64,000 nucleotides of DNA from Octopus sinensis (taxonomy: Eukaryota). The position numbers and the translations under genes were made by a program. The stretch lies in NCBI RefSeq assembly GCF_006345805.1, contig NC_042999.1, positions 122,636,001 through 122,700,000 on the forward strand, given 5' to 3'. Below the pieces are notes generated by a model. That model was not told the DNA's origin. It was given only the letters and a program-made list of their open reading frames with translations, and made no database searches. Below, in pieces: positions 26,346-39,045 of the stretch; the first letter of the stretch is position 1; every line of letters begins with the position of its first letter.

Positions 26346-26548
26346 CCTTTCCACTATAGGCACAAGGCCTGAAATTTTGGGGAAGGAGACTAGTTGAATA
26401 CATCGACCCCAGTGTTTTACTGGTACTAAATTTATCGAACCTGGAAGAATGAAAGGCACAGTCGATCTTGGCAGAATTTGAACTCAAAATGTAATGACAA
26501 GCAAAATACCACTAAGCATTTCGTCCAGTGTGCCAGCTTGCCACCTTC
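26346..26548 (-). mobile_element. tRNA-derived SINE family B
   Basis: Minus strand GGTGGCAAGCTGG..TGAGTTCAAATTCTGCCAAGATCGACTGTGCCTTTCATTCTTCCAGG.. matches copies at 28457, 31908 and 44616. Confidence 0.85.
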
Positions 26549-26561
26549 ATCATGATGATGA

Positions 26562-26562
<1 letters not shown>

Positions 26563-26603
<41 letters not shown>

Positions 26604-26637
26604 AATTATTATTATTATAATTATTATTATTATTATT
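26563..26637. repeat. (AAT)n followed by (ATT)n microsatellite
   Basis: Directly visible; the two halves are mutually complementary. Confidence 0.9.
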
Positions 26638-27074
26638 TCATAATTTCATTACACAAGAAAAAACATTATTATATCTATTTGTTTCAACATTCTGTAATAT
26701 TTCTTGTTGGAAAGTAATAAATAATTATTCATTTTGTTAAAAGTTTTGTCACTGTCAACAGTGGCAAAAATTATTTGGATAGAAGCAAATGATTGAGGAA
26801 TGAAGGGGAAAGGAAACATTTGATTAAAATGTAGAACAATGAAATGGTAAACTAGTAATAGTGAAAAATTGAAACCATCTCCTTATAGTTCTGGCTGTCT
26901 GCTATTCAAATGGTTTTATCATTAGAAGAAATATAAAACAAGATTACACCATTCATGCCACTCCCAAAAGTGTTATCTTGATAAATAAAAAGAAATTACC
27001 ACAACCAGAGATCAAAATTGGTATATTGCCTTGGCCCACCAGTGGCTAAACTCTCTTCCATATCATTTAACATA

Positions 27075-27577
27075 ATAAAAAAATATATGTGCCCTTTTTA
27101 AAGCCTAGCCAGGCTCATGGGCCCGGTTTCTATGGCGTATGTATAACCCAGCTGGATGGGATGCCAGTCCATCGCAGCGTTACTCATTTTTGCCAGCTGA
27201 GTCGACTGGAGCAACGTGAAATGAAATGTTTTGCTCAAGAACACAATGCATTGCCCGGACCAGGAATCAAAACCACAACCTTACGATCATGGTGCTGACA
27301 CCCTAACCACTAAGCCGCATACCTCACAAAATATAAATGCACCCTTTTAAAGCCTAGCCAGGCTCATGGGCCCAGTTTCTATGACATATGTGTTCCCCAG
27401 CTGGACGAGACGCCAGTCCATCGCAGTGTTACTCATTTTTGCCAGCTGAGTGGACTGCAGCAATGTGAAATGAAGTGTTTTGCTCAAGAACACAATGCAT
27501 CGCCCGGTCCAGGAATCGAAACCACATTCTTACGATCATGATGCTGACATCTTAACCACTAAGCCACATGCCTCCAC
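27075..27577 (-). mobile_element. Head-to-tail dimer of a third tRNA-derived SINE (family C) inside one 12-bp TSD
   Basis: Two ~245-bp copies (~27082-27329 and ~27333-27575) with A box GGCTTAGTGG and B box GGTTTCGATTCC; TCATTTAACATA at 27063-27074 and 27578-27589. Confidence 0.88.
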
Positions 27578-27621
27578 TCATTTAACATAGCTTCTCTAAT
27601 ATTAGTAATGATTTCTTAAAT

Positions 27622-27805
27622 AATCCTTTCTACTATAGGCACAAGGCTTGACATTTTAGAGGTGGGGGTTAGTTGATTATGTCAACCCTAGTGCATAACT
27701 GGTACTTATTTCATTGACCTCAGCAGAATTTGAACTCACAACATAAGGACAGATGAAATGCTGCTAAGCATTTTGCTGGCATGCTAACAATTCAGCCAGC
27801 TTGTT
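27622..27805 (-). mobile_element. SINE family B (internally deleted)
   Basis: ATCCTTTCTACTATAGGCACAAGG..GAATTTGAACTCA..GCTAAGCATTTTGCTGGCATGCTAAC. Confidence 0.8.
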
Positions 27806-28214
27806 GCTTTAATAATTTCTTAAATAATAACAACAGATATTGCTATCTATGTTATTGCTATGTAGTTCTAGGTCAATCTTAATGAAGCAGATCTGTGGAA
27901 AAGTATTCCAAGCATATCCATACCAGCTTTCTGTAGGAAAACAATGCCCATACATTTTTAGAAAGACAAAGTGTGATTACAGAGAGATTTGGTCACTTTT
28001 GTTTACAGGTGACAAAGCTTCTTAGGGACTCACTTATTGTTAGAATTTTTTGTTATTAAAGAATGGAGAAATAAAAAGTTGTAACATTCATGCCTTACTC
28101 AAAACTTGTAATAAATGTAAATTAATTCTAGATGGAAACTGAAACTTGGTCAACATTATATTACTTACCATAAATCAACAACTACTTCAATATGAGTAAT
28201 GGTCATAAGGCACC

Positions 28215-28410
28215 ATGCTGGCTGAATCATTAGCATACTGGGCAAAATACTTAGCAACATTTCATCAATCTTTACATTCTGAGTTCAAATTCCACCAAAG
28301 CTGTCTTTGCCTTTCATCCTTTCGGGCTTGATAAAACAGTTAAGCACTTGAGTCGATGTAATCGACTAACCTACTCCCCTGATATTGCTAGCCATGTGCT
28401 AAAATTTGAA
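28215..28410 (+). mobile_element. SINE family B
   Basis: TTAGCATACTGGGCAAAATACTTAGC..TGAGTTCAAATTCC..GCCTTTCATCCTTTCGG. Confidence 0.8.
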
Positions 28411-28456
28411 AGCTATATGAGAAATGGTAATATTTTTCAAAAATATTTTTTTTAAT

Positions 28457-28672
28457 GGTGGTGAGCTGGCAGAAACGTTAGCAAGCTGGGTAAAATGTTT
28501 AGCAGTATTTCATCTGTCTTTACATTCTGAATTCAAATTCCACTGAGGTCAACTTTGCCTTTCATCCTTACGGGCTCAATAAAATAAATACCAGTTGCAT
28601 ACTGGGGTCGATCAAATCGACTGGCCCTCTCCCCAAAAATTTCGGGCCTTGTGCCTAGAGTAGAAAAGAATA
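28457..28672 (+). mobile_element. SINE family B, near full length
   Basis: GGTGAGCTGGCAGAAACGTTAGC..TGAATTCAAATTCCACTGAGGTCAACTTTGCCTTTCATCC..GGGCCTTGTGCCTAGAGTAGAAAAG. Confidence 0.9.
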
Positions 28673-28769
28673 TTAGTCAGTTTCCTTTTATTGCTATTTT
28701 TTCTCATTCTCAAGTGAATTTATAGAATTGCAAAAGATTCAGAAAAAACTGACATCTGATATTTTACAG

Positions 28770-28925
28770 TAGTCCTTTACATTCTAAGTTCAAATCTTGC
28801 CAAGAGCAAATTTGTCTTTCATCCTTCTTGGGTTGGTAAAATAAAGTGCCTGTCAGGTACTGAGTGCAGTTTAATCAACTATACCCTCTCCTAAAATTTG
28901 TGGCCTTGTGCCAATATTACAACGT
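28770..28925 (+). mobile_element. SINE family B, degenerate
   Basis: TACATTCTAAGTTCAAATCTTGCC..TTTCATCCTTC..GGCCTTGTGCCAA. Confidence 0.7.
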
Positions 28926-29458
28926 CACTATTATTAATGTGTATTCTATATGCTAAGTTTTATTGAATGGAATAATAGACTCTATACATTAATGTCTTTA
29001 AGTCAGTCATTAAATTTAAATCAAAACTGACAGTGTCTTCCTTTTTATTGTTATTTCTTAGTGAATGATATATTTTTTATTTTACTTTACTAGTCTATAT
29101 CTTTTATTAAGATACATCAATTTCTGATTTTTCGCCTTATTTAGCCACCTTAACAATATTATCATTGGTGTAACTATTTATGAAGTTTTTCTTTTTTTCT
29201 TTCTCCCCACACACATACACACATCTTGTCTTTGTTATAATTTTCTTGACCATGATTCTGGAGTTTTAATGGGTGAAGCTTCAATCAGTTTGAATAAGCC
29301 ACTACTGGTGAAATTTTGATGTCTCTGTCAACTACATTCTAATAAATATTAGATTCTACGCATACATCAAGTCCTTATAACTGTTTGTATATATATGCTT
29401 GTGTGTTGTCTGTATAAACAAAATTAACACTATATCACTATATTTGAAGAAATTTATC

Positions 29459-29490
<32 letters not shown>

Positions 29491-30112
29491 CCCCCTTCCT
29501 TATCTCACTTTCTCTGTCTTCATTATTATTATCTGCAGAATCAATGTGGACACTGTCTTTTTCACCCAACTCTATAGAAATCTTCCAGCATTGCTACTAT
29601 CAGGCTAAATTTTTTAAAAATGCTCACTATAAATGCAGCATTTTTATCTCTCTTTCTTCTATTTAATAATGATAGTTGAATATTTCATCTTTTCCTGAAC
29701 TGACGAGAGTCCAATTCGTGACCATCATCATCATCATCATCAATTTACATTCATATTTTTTTCATACTGCTGTGAGTTGTTTTATGTTCTTAATCATTTC
29801 ATATGCACAACAGAAAAAAAAACTGCCCCTCTTTGTTATACATCATTCATTCCCACTTTTCATAAGTTATTAAATATGTCATATTTTTGCTGTAATAGTT
29901 CAATTTCATTTTTATATAAACTAATGATTGGTTCCAGCTACACAGTTCTTGTTACTGGTTATTGTCAGTTAACTCTGGCTAAATTTGAAAATAATGTGTA
30001 GGTGCCACTACTAAATTTGCATTTTTATGCCAGCATATTTAATAGATAGGTTCCAGAAGTAGGCTTCATTATAATTGGTATTGGAAGATATATAAAATCT
30101 GTAACTATTTGA

Positions 30113-30298
30113 ATTCTTTTATTCTTTTACTTGTTTCGGTCATTTCACTGTGGCCATGCTGGAGCACCATCTTATTCTTTGTAACCCTAGCACTTATTCT
30201 ATTTGTCTCTTTTGTCACATTGCTAAGTTACGGGGATGTAAACACACTAACATCAGTTGTCAAGCGATATTGGGCGGACAAACACAGACAAACAAACA

Positions 30299-30332
<34 letters not shown>

Positions 30333-30484
30333 CGACAGGTTTCTTTCAGTTTCTGTCTACCAAATCCACTCACAAGGCTTTGGTCTGCCTGAGGCTATAG
30401 CAGAAGACACTTGCCCAAAATGCCATGCAGTGAGACTGAACTCAGAACCATGTGGTTGGGAAGCAAGCTTCTCACCACATAGCT
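30113..30484 (-). mobile_element. SINE family A
   Basis: Full tail-linker-core-head layout, closely similar to 31165-31551. Confidence 0.9.
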
Positions 30485-31164
30485 GCAGAAATTTTATTTA
30501 TTTATCTATTTATTTCAAGATGAATTAAAAGTAGCTAAATGGTATACTTTGACACATGAAAAACAAAATTTTATTTACAAAATTAAAAGAAATCGAGAAA
30601 ACTCGTTTACAAAGTTGATAACTTGGCCATTAGAGTATCATCTTAAACATAAAAAAAAAAATCCCACAACTTAAATTGAGGTCAATAAATATCTTCTTTC
30701 ACAAGATTTAGAAATAGTCATTAAATGTCTGCTGATATGAAAAGTGTTTATCAGCTATGACAGAAATATTTGCCTCTGGACAATTGCTCAAGAACTCTAA
30801 AAAGTACAATAACTTGTTGGATTGCAATTAAATTGCGTGATAAATAGCAAATATGACTACAGTTGATGAAAGAATAAAGCTATTTCTTGTCAGAATCCCT
30901 TATAAATTGCTGGTGTCATTCAACTTTGTGGGAATAAAATATTCAACTATTGCACACCACACTGAAAAAGTTGATATTACGTTTGACTGTATGCTAAAAG
31001 GTTACAAAAAAGTTGCTTCATTATATCTCTGTTGCTGCTGGGTTGACAAGTGCTATGGTCACATTCTGTTAATCTTTAAGTACAATATCAGATAAAAGAA
31101 ACATGAATTTTTCTCTGAATTTTTTGTCATATTTCAAAAATTGTCTGAAGTCATTTCATGTATA

Positions 31165-31551
31165 CTCTTTTACTTGTTTCAATCGTTTGACTGTGGCCAT
31201 GCTGGAGCACCGCCTTTAGTCGAGCAAATCGACCCCAGGACTTATTCTTTATAAGCTTAGTACTTATTCTATCGGTCTCTTTTGCCGAACTGATAAGTTA
31301 CGGGGACATAAACACACCAGCATCGGTTGTCAAGTGATGTTGGGGGACAAACACAGACACACACATACATATATATATATACACATATATACGATGGGCT
31401 TCTTTCAGTTTCCATCTACCAAATCCACTCACAAGGCTTTGGTTGGCCCAAGGCTATAGTAGAAAACACTTGCCCAAGGTGCCACACAATTGGACTGAAT
31501 CCAGAATCTTGTGGTTCCTAAGCAAGCTACTTACCACACAGCCACTCCTAT
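31165..31551 (-). mobile_element. SINE family A, near full length
   Basis: Minus strand: A box TGGCTGTGTGG, B box GGATTCAGTCC, core GGCACCTTGGGCAAGTG, tail GGTGCTCCAGCATGGCCACAGTCAAACGATTGAAACAAGTAAAAG. Confidence 0.92.
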
Positions 31552-31599
31552 GTTCATGTTTATTATGTTTATGTTCAGTAAACTGACAACTGTGAAAAG

Positions 31600-31905
31600 A
31601 CAAAGAGGAGCACTTCTTCAATGCTACAATGATCAGCTAAAGTCAACTCTGAAGCAGACCAGCTTAGATTCCTTTTTGAGACAACTGTAACCAACCATCC
31701 CAGTTACTGACACAACAAACAACAACAAAAAAATAATGTAATATTGTTTGAAAGAGTCAGAATAAAAAAGAGGAGGAGAAACAGTGGCAATGGTAGGCCA
31801 GATAGCAGCAATCATGACCAACTCTGACATTCACATATGGCCAATGCAATTTTTATGTTCTAAGCAAAGATTGACTTCCTTCACCACATTTGCCACCAGC
31901 ATCTG
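31600..31905 (+). mobile_element. Degenerate BovB-like RTE 3' end remnant
   Basis: YNDQLKSTLKQ resembles R(Y/F)KDQLK..LK; a decayed C..C..S.IGL.SH-like end follows. Confidence 0.45.
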
Positions 31906-31907
31906 TT

Positions 31908-32122
31908 ACTTTATTACACACAAGGGGCTAAACACAGCGGGGACAAACAAGGACAGACAAAAGGATTAAGTCGATTACATTAACCCCAGTGCGTAACTGA
32001 TACTTAATTTATCGACCCCGAAAGAATGAAAGGCAAAGTCGACCTCGGCGGAATTTGGACTCAGAACGTAATGGCAGATGAAATACTGCTAAGCATTTTG
32101 TCCGGCGTGCTAACGATTCGGT
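31908..32122 (-). mobile_element. SINE family B (alternative tail) with degenerate TSD
   Basis: TCGACCCCGAAAGAATGAAAGGCAAAGTCGACCTCGGCGGAATTT; CACCAGCATC at 31894-31903 and 32123-32132. Confidence 0.88.
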
Positions 32123-32399
32123 CACCAGCATCAGTAATTAAAATATTTGTCCAGAATGGAAAACCAATCCTCAGATTTAAGGAAGGAGCTGACAACAATG
32201 ATGATGATGATGTTTATTAAAAAACATTAAAGTGGCTATTGAGAATATTTGATAGATATGGGGCTGCTTCTACCCATAAAATATCCTAGACCACATTTTA
32301 AAATTGCCACTCTATTGAATAGCATGAAGTTGCTTGCCAACAAACACTAACCTCTCACCCACTTATATGCCATCTCCCTCCTTGCCTCTTCTATCACTA

Positions 32400-32510
32400 T
32401 TATCATGGCCTTAGCCTGGTGCAGCCATCTGGTTTGCCAGTCCTTAGTCAAATCATTCAACCCATGCTAGCATGGAAAGCAGACGTTAAACGATGATGAT
32501 GATGGTGATG
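32400..32510 (+). mobile_element. RTE 3' tail fragment
   Basis: CAACCCATGCTAGCATGGAAAGCAGACGTTAAAC(GAT)n. Confidence 0.8.
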
Positions 32511-34149
32511 AAGCCAGTTTTGTACTTCTTACACCCAGCTCTTTTCAGCTTACTCATTTTTCCTTTCATCACTCATATTATTCCCTCACCCAGGTTCTGC
32601 ATTAACCACTTCTTTCAGTTCCTCCTCAGCATGGAATCCCAGCCCTATGCTCATGCTATTCTTACAGTTTTTACAGAGGAACACCAACTATGACAATATT
32701 ACTGGACTTGAAGGGTCTTAAAATCCATAGACACAACTCCTTTTTTAGGCTAGTCCATTGAAAGAAATATAACTACAATTTTAAAGCATATAACCACAGC
32801 AAAAATATTGGTTTCATTAATGTTTTAATGTTTAATTTCAGAACAGGTAACATCTGTTCTATCTAAACTATAATCAGATAGAATCCTTGTAATTAAGGAA
32901 GAGTTTCTAAATGTCTTCATACTACATTCACATGAATTAAAATGTATTGTAAATTTGTTGACAAAGATATCACCAAATGTGTTACTTAAAACGGGGAATC
33001 ATTTCTTCAATCATTTGGCTGAGGTTAACAAAAGATTAAATTTTACTCTTGAATTTTACCATATCGGTGTTGTTACTTGAAATTTAGCACAGTAATTTCA
33101 CGTAGAAAATTATTTATATCTAATGAGCTAGTGATTTATTTTAATCAAGATTCACATTTAATTAAGAATCTTGACAGAAAATATTTCTTTGCCAGTATCA
33201 TTACACTGATTAAACGAGGAAAAAATAACATTAATTCAAATTTGAAACAGATATATAATGGGTTTTAATTTTCTTTTTTTTTTTTTTGATATATCAGAAA
33301 ACTTACACAAGAATGTTTTAGTAAGTCAACAGTCTCAGAAGTTGGCTAATAATTAAATACAAATACACAGCTTCATTATTTTCTGTCATTGCCTGAAATA
33401 AATTCATAATGATTTTTCATTTGATAAAATAAGGACAACTATTTGAATCATGAAATAAAAATATCTTGGAAAAGTTACATAAAAGTTATAGAGAATTACC
33501 ATAATTCTTCTCCAAATGCTTCAGATCTTTTCACCAAATACCACAATTGTTCACCAAATGCTTTAATGCTTCTGTGTTAATAAACGTTTCCTAGAGAGCA
33601 TGCATTTTTGCTCTGATCATGTCTGGGAGTAAGATATAAGCAATGAAACAGTTTTATTTTCAATGTGTATTATAAACCAGATATGAAATGCTATCTTTTT
33701 TTTTCTTCTCAAAATTCATAAATGAGATCATAAAATATTGTAAGAATCAATACTAAATAAATCAGATCTCAGACATTGTTGGTAGAAATTTAGGTTAATG
33801 TTCTGTTTGATGGTTTCATTTTGGCCTTCATTCAAAGTTATGAAGGCTAACATGGAGAAAGTAGCATATCATAACTCAGGTTTTGAAAAAAATTTGAAAT
33901 ATTTATGACAAGTGAAATATTTCTGAGAAAAAAAAAATGAAGAGAAATTTTGAGGGATCAGTGTTTTACAATATTGAAAATAGGAAGCTGCCAAAATAGA
34001 TTATACATGCCAATTACTAACATAAAATAGAACTTTTTGTTTGAAATTATATTCTAATAGAACCAGAATTTGTCTTGATGGAACTGATTGAAAAATAGAA
34101 TTCAGTTCTCTTTCATTTCTATATTCGATTAGAAACACACACACATATA

Positions 34150-34960
34150 TATGGTTGGGTGCTATACACATAGAGGCAAAATCTATGCTCTTATTTTATC
34201 CTCTACAATAATGTCTGGTTTTCTTGCCTTAATAGTATGGTCAGCCTGTATGGCAAAGTCCCACAAGATCTTGTACTTCTCATTTTCTAACACATTTCCT
34301 ATTCGTGTTTATACCACTTTTCTGTTGCTTTGAAGCCACAAACTTGGCTAAGATTCCAATGCACACTTTGGCCTACATGGTCATGTCTGCACTTATACTC
34401 ATTTTGTGATAGTATATTGCACTCACTTAAAATGTAATTGATACTCTCATCTCCCTTCTTGCAGATTCTACATTTACTGTCTGACTGAGTTTTGTCAAAC
34501 TTTGCCTTTATCAGGTTTGTTGTAATGGCTTGTTCCTGAGTGACTATAATTAACACTTCTGTTTCTCATTTCAAATTTCCATCTGTCAACCAGAGCCAGT
34601 GATCTACACTTCCAACATTCTCAGTTTGTTGCATGAATTAGCCTTGCAGTTCCATTGTGTCTTCCATTTCTCATTTAAATTCTTGTAACCAGTCTGCTTT
34701 TACATTATGTTGGACTTCTTTGCACCAGATTTTTGCCCAGAATTTTCTTGATGTTTCAGCATCTGGCATATCATTTTTCTGATGCTTTTCAATTGTTTAT
34801 AGCATTTTCTTTCATTGTTGTTGAAGTGTCTGTTCTGGTACTGATTTATTTTCTGGTTTTTCTGCCTGTCACTGCTTTGATTTGTTGTTTTAGTTCCTCT
34901 TTACCTACTTGCGGTCCTTGGTGAGGTGCTGCCAGCCAAGGCTAAAGTAATCCTTTTCCC
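34150..34960 (-). mobile_element. R4/Dong-like non-LTR retrotransposon remnant (restriction-like endonuclease type), RT region missing
   Basis: Minus strand: ..YQNRHFNNNERKCYKQL..SRKFWAKIW..HNVKADW, then WLTDGNLK*ETEVLI..QEQA..CRICKKGDESINYILSEC..YKCRHD, then VLENEKYKILWDFAIQADHTIKARKPDII. Confidence 0.8.
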
Positions 34961-35269
34961 TCTGTGGTAGATTTAAACCGATGAAAATGTTCTCTGCCAG
35001 ATTTATTCTCAGGGTATTCATTATGATTATTACTGCTGTTCTAAGTGCTTATGGCTTCATCAGCAAAACTAATAAAGAAATGTCATTTGGATGGCTGTTG
35101 ACTCCTTAGAGTTCATCTGCCCTTAGACATGTCTTCTTTTTCCTTCTGCAGGGTAACCAAATAGAAAAAAAACCCTCCTCACAGTGCAAACTCTGTGGGA
35201 TAGCCAATATAGTCACTGATGGCCCAAACTTTGTGATTTAGTTATGATAGTGGCAAGGGACAAGTGTCA

Positions 35270-35470
35270 TGTGCTAGGTAAATAAAATGATTTAGCATGC
35301 TGGGTGAAATGCTAAGTTTTATTTCACCCATCACTACGTTCTGAGCTTAATTCCACCAATTCCACTTTGCGTTTCATCCTTTCAGGGTCGATGAATTAAT
35401 TACCAGTGAAACACTGGGATCGATGTAATCGACTAGTCCCCTCCCCCTAAATTTCAGGCCTTGTGCCTAT
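35270..35470 (+). mobile_element. SINE family B
   Basis: TTAGCATGCTGGGTGAAATGC..TTTCATCCTTTCAGGGTCGATG..GGCCTTGTGCCTA. Confidence 0.82.
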
Positions 35471-35493
35471 TATTATTATTATTATTATTGTTA

Positions 35494-35533
<40 letters not shown>

Positions 35534-35536
35534 GAT

Positions 35537-35568
<32 letters not shown>

Positions 35569-35598
35569 TTATTATTATTATTATCATTATTATTATTA
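35468..35598. repeat. (ATT)n microsatellite
   Basis: Directly visible. Confidence 0.95.
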
Positions 35599-35705
35599 TG
35601 GTGATAGGATGAGCATTAGCAATAGGAAGAGATTATGGCCATAAAAAATCTGCCTCCTCAAATTCTATCTGACTCATGTGAGCATGGAAAAGTAGTCATG
35701 AGAAC

Positions 35706-36180
35706 GCTATTCTCTTATGTGTTGCAGCCCAAAGACTGCAGCCATGCTGGGGAACCACCAGTATTTTTTAAGTCTTTTGCCATAATGTATGTTCATCTGA
35801 AACCTTGGACAGCAGGAGGTCAAGTTCTTTCTTGAAAACATCTGCCCTCTCCATGGAGATCTCTCATATGTTTTGGCAAAATATTAAATAGCCATGACCT
35901 TTGAAACTCAAACTATTGCAATACATTCTAGACCTGATGAGTGGGATCTTTGGAACAGTGTAGTGAAATACAGTTCAGGGCCCTCACAATGCCAAAATTT
36001 GGTGCCAACCCTTCTAGGATCTTCCATATTTATATCATCACATATTTCTTCTTCATTCTAGGGAGTACAGAAGTAACTCTTTCAGTCTTTTCCAGTAGCT
36101 CAGCTGTTCCATTGATGCAATCTTCCTGGTGTAGCCCCGTTGAACTACGTCAAGTTCTGCTATTTATTCAACATGTACAC
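35706..36180 (-). mobile_element. CR1/L2-group LINE 3' end (homologous to 60280-60825)
   Basis: Minus strand IAELDVVQRGYTRKIASMEQLSYWKRLKEL.LYSLE..; ends GTGGTTCCCCAGCATGGCTGCAGTCTTTGGGCTGCAACACATAAGAGAATA. Confidence 0.8.
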
Positions 36181-37357
36181 ACATACTAACAAACAAGCAA
36201 ACATACATATAAAAGAGTTCATACTGTGGCATCTGTACCTCCTGCCAGCCAGCACAGCTGTGCATTATGCAATAGAATGTGTAAATTTTTCACCAGGCTC
36301 ATGAGTCATACAAGGGACTCACATCGCTTCATCTATGACTCATTTCAGTGACCCTTTCTAGCAATGACTTTGCTCGTATACAAGAAAGTAGCTACTACTA
36401 CTACACACACATATTCAGGTTAAAAGTAAAACGATAAAATTCTTTTAATAAACACAAACCTGAAATGAAGAACGTGAAAACTGACACTGAAAATTGTTGG
36501 AATGAGTCTATGAAAGTATTTAGCATCTTTAGCCTTAAAAACAGTTTTGTCATCAGCACACCTTAATTTTTGTGCACAGATAAGTGTTCACTCCTAACCT
36601 TAACCTATAAAACCAAAGTTTATTAATGTGAAATATTGTATGCAAATATATATTGCATAACTATAAAATATATATTAATTTTTTTCAATAATGGAAAATT
36701 ACTAAATACTGAAGTGATAATAAATATGTTAAGAATAGTACATGATATAGAAAATAAGATTGATGAGGGTAAAAAATTAACAAATTAATTTCTAATTTAT
36801 CTTTAAACCACTTTATAGATTATTTGTGCGATTTTTATGAAAGTTTCTAGCAGAATGATTGACAAAACAGTCCAAGTATTGTAGATAAAAGGTTTGTTTG
36901 AATTTTATAGTAGCTGGTATTACTTCTGATGAGTTGGAAATAAAATATAATTAAGCATGAAGCCAGACAGAAAGTTGAATTGTGTGTGTTAGTAAGTTGT
37001 TTATGAATTTTATAAAAGAAATGGTTTTATATCTGTTGTATATTAAATTGGTAGGCACAGTGTCATCAATAGTTAAGAAGTTCGCTTTTAAACCATGAAG
37101 TCCCAGGTTGAATCTCACTGTATGGTGTTATGATGTCTTAGATATATATCATTTTCTAGGTCATCCCATACCTGCCAATGAAATTAGGTTTACAGAAACA
37201 GAGTAGAAGGCTGTCAAGTGGATTGTACTTGTAATTAAAAAGGTACAGCCTTATTTTACATTGTGTCATACTTATTTTGTCTGAGAATTACAGTAAGAGT
37301 ACACATGTCTGTGGAATGTTCAGCCACCTACATATTGGTTTTAAATTTTTGTACGAG

Positions 37358-37530
37358 ACCAGCAATTTTGGAGGAGGGGCAAGTCAATTAAATTGACCCC
37401 AGTGCTCAACTGGTACTTATTTTATCAAACCTGAAAGGATGAAAGTCAAAGTCCACCCTCGAAGAATTTAACTTAGAATGTAAAGTCAGATGAAATACCA
37501 ATAAGCATTTTGCCCAGTATGCACAAAGCA
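37358..37530 (-). mobile_element. SINE family B
   Basis: GACCCCAGTGCTCAACTGGTACTT..GAAAGGATGAAAGTCAAAGTCC..AAGCATTTTGCCCAGTATGC. Confidence 0.8.
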
Positions 37531-38099
37531 TCCCATATTTCTTCAGACATATTGTTCCTAAGACTACATTATTCAACTTGTCACTCATTTCTCAATGAGG
37601 TAGGGTGTAAATACAATGATATTCAACTTCTGTCTCAAGCAGATTAAACAAATGCTTAGAGGCTCTGCCATTCAGTCATGCTTGTGCATATGGAGCATGA
37701 ATGAACCTTCTAACATTTTAAAGATGTATTCATTACAAGGACAATCTCATATTTCAAGCCAGAAAATAACGTTATTTTTATCATTATATGAGTACTGTAA
37801 CAATCCATTCATCCACCCATTCTGGTTTCAGTGATATAAATTTTTATCTTTATAATTTTAGATTCAATCAGTGTAGCCTTAAGGTTCTATGACAAGACAG
37901 CCAACTAGCCCAAATGTTCCCCATAACACTAAGCTACATTCCAGACTCACATTTGAGAGCTTTATATTTGCAAACAGAAAGCAACTACAAATAACTTCCT
38001 CCAATAAATGATTACTGAATTTCCAAAAATATTCAGCTTTCAAATAAATGTATACATAGAAATGCTCTTCTTTAAAACAAATCCTCATACCACACACAA

Positions 38100-38548
38100 A
38101 AAAAAAGTTTGGTTGTTTGATAAGAAGCTTGCTTTCCAACCACATGGTTTGGAGTTCAGTCCCACTGTGTGGCACTTTGGACAAGTGTCTTCTACTGTAA
38201 CCTCTGGTTGACCAAAGCCATGTGAGTGGGTTTGGTAAATGGAAACTGAAACTCATATATGTATATATACATATATATGCATATCCATATCTGTCTATGT
38301 GTGTGTGTCTTTGTGTCTGTGTTTGTCTCTCCAGCACTACTTGGCAACTGGTGCTGGTGTGTTTATATCCTCATAACTTAACAGTTCAGCAAAAGAGACC
38401 AATAGAATAAGTACCAGCCCTTAACAAAGAATAAGTACCAGCCCTTAACAAAGAATAAGTACTTAGATCGATGCATTCAACTAAAAATTCAAGACAGTGC
38501 CCCAGCATGGCCACAGTCAAATAACTGAAACAAATGAAAAATAAAGGA
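38100..38548 (+). mobile_element. SINE family A with a 24-bp internal tandem duplication
   Basis: B box GAGTTCAGTCC, core, linker and tail GTGCCCCAGCATGGCCACAGTC; AGAATAAGTACCAGCCCTTAACAA repeated at 38404-38451. Confidence 0.9.
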
Positions 38549-38987
38549 TAAAAGATATCTTTATATATACATTCTTTTTATTCTCACCCTCCTCCCTCTT
38601 ATCATTATGTTAAAGCAATTAGTGATAACACTTGAACTTCTTTACTCTATTGACATTTATGCCAAACAATGATGTTTGTTTTTATTTCTTTCATCCCAAC
38701 ATGAAATTTCAAAACTTAATTATTAGCAAAGTTTATATCTGAAAATTAAATTTACATTTGTGATGATGTTAACAATATCTGAAGCCTCCTTTCACCATGA
38801 ATGCATTTATAACAGAGATGCACATGATATAAAATGTATTGGTACATATCTGAAATTTTAAAGACTGATAGAATTAAAGTTTCAGCATTATGTAATTTAT
38901 GTAAGTATGTAAATACAGTAGGTGTACTGTTGTATTTACTTATATGACATTGACACAATATTTGAATTTTGCAAACATACATACACA

Positions 38988-38989
<2 letters not shown>

Positions 38990-39044
<55 letters not shown>

Positions 39045-39045
39045 C
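38990..39045. repeat. (ATT)n microsatellite
   Basis: Directly visible. Confidence 0.95.

Noticed and set aside
35934-35990. CTGATGAG..GAAA
   Set aside because: Lies antisense within the LINE ORF remnant and stems I-III do not pair.
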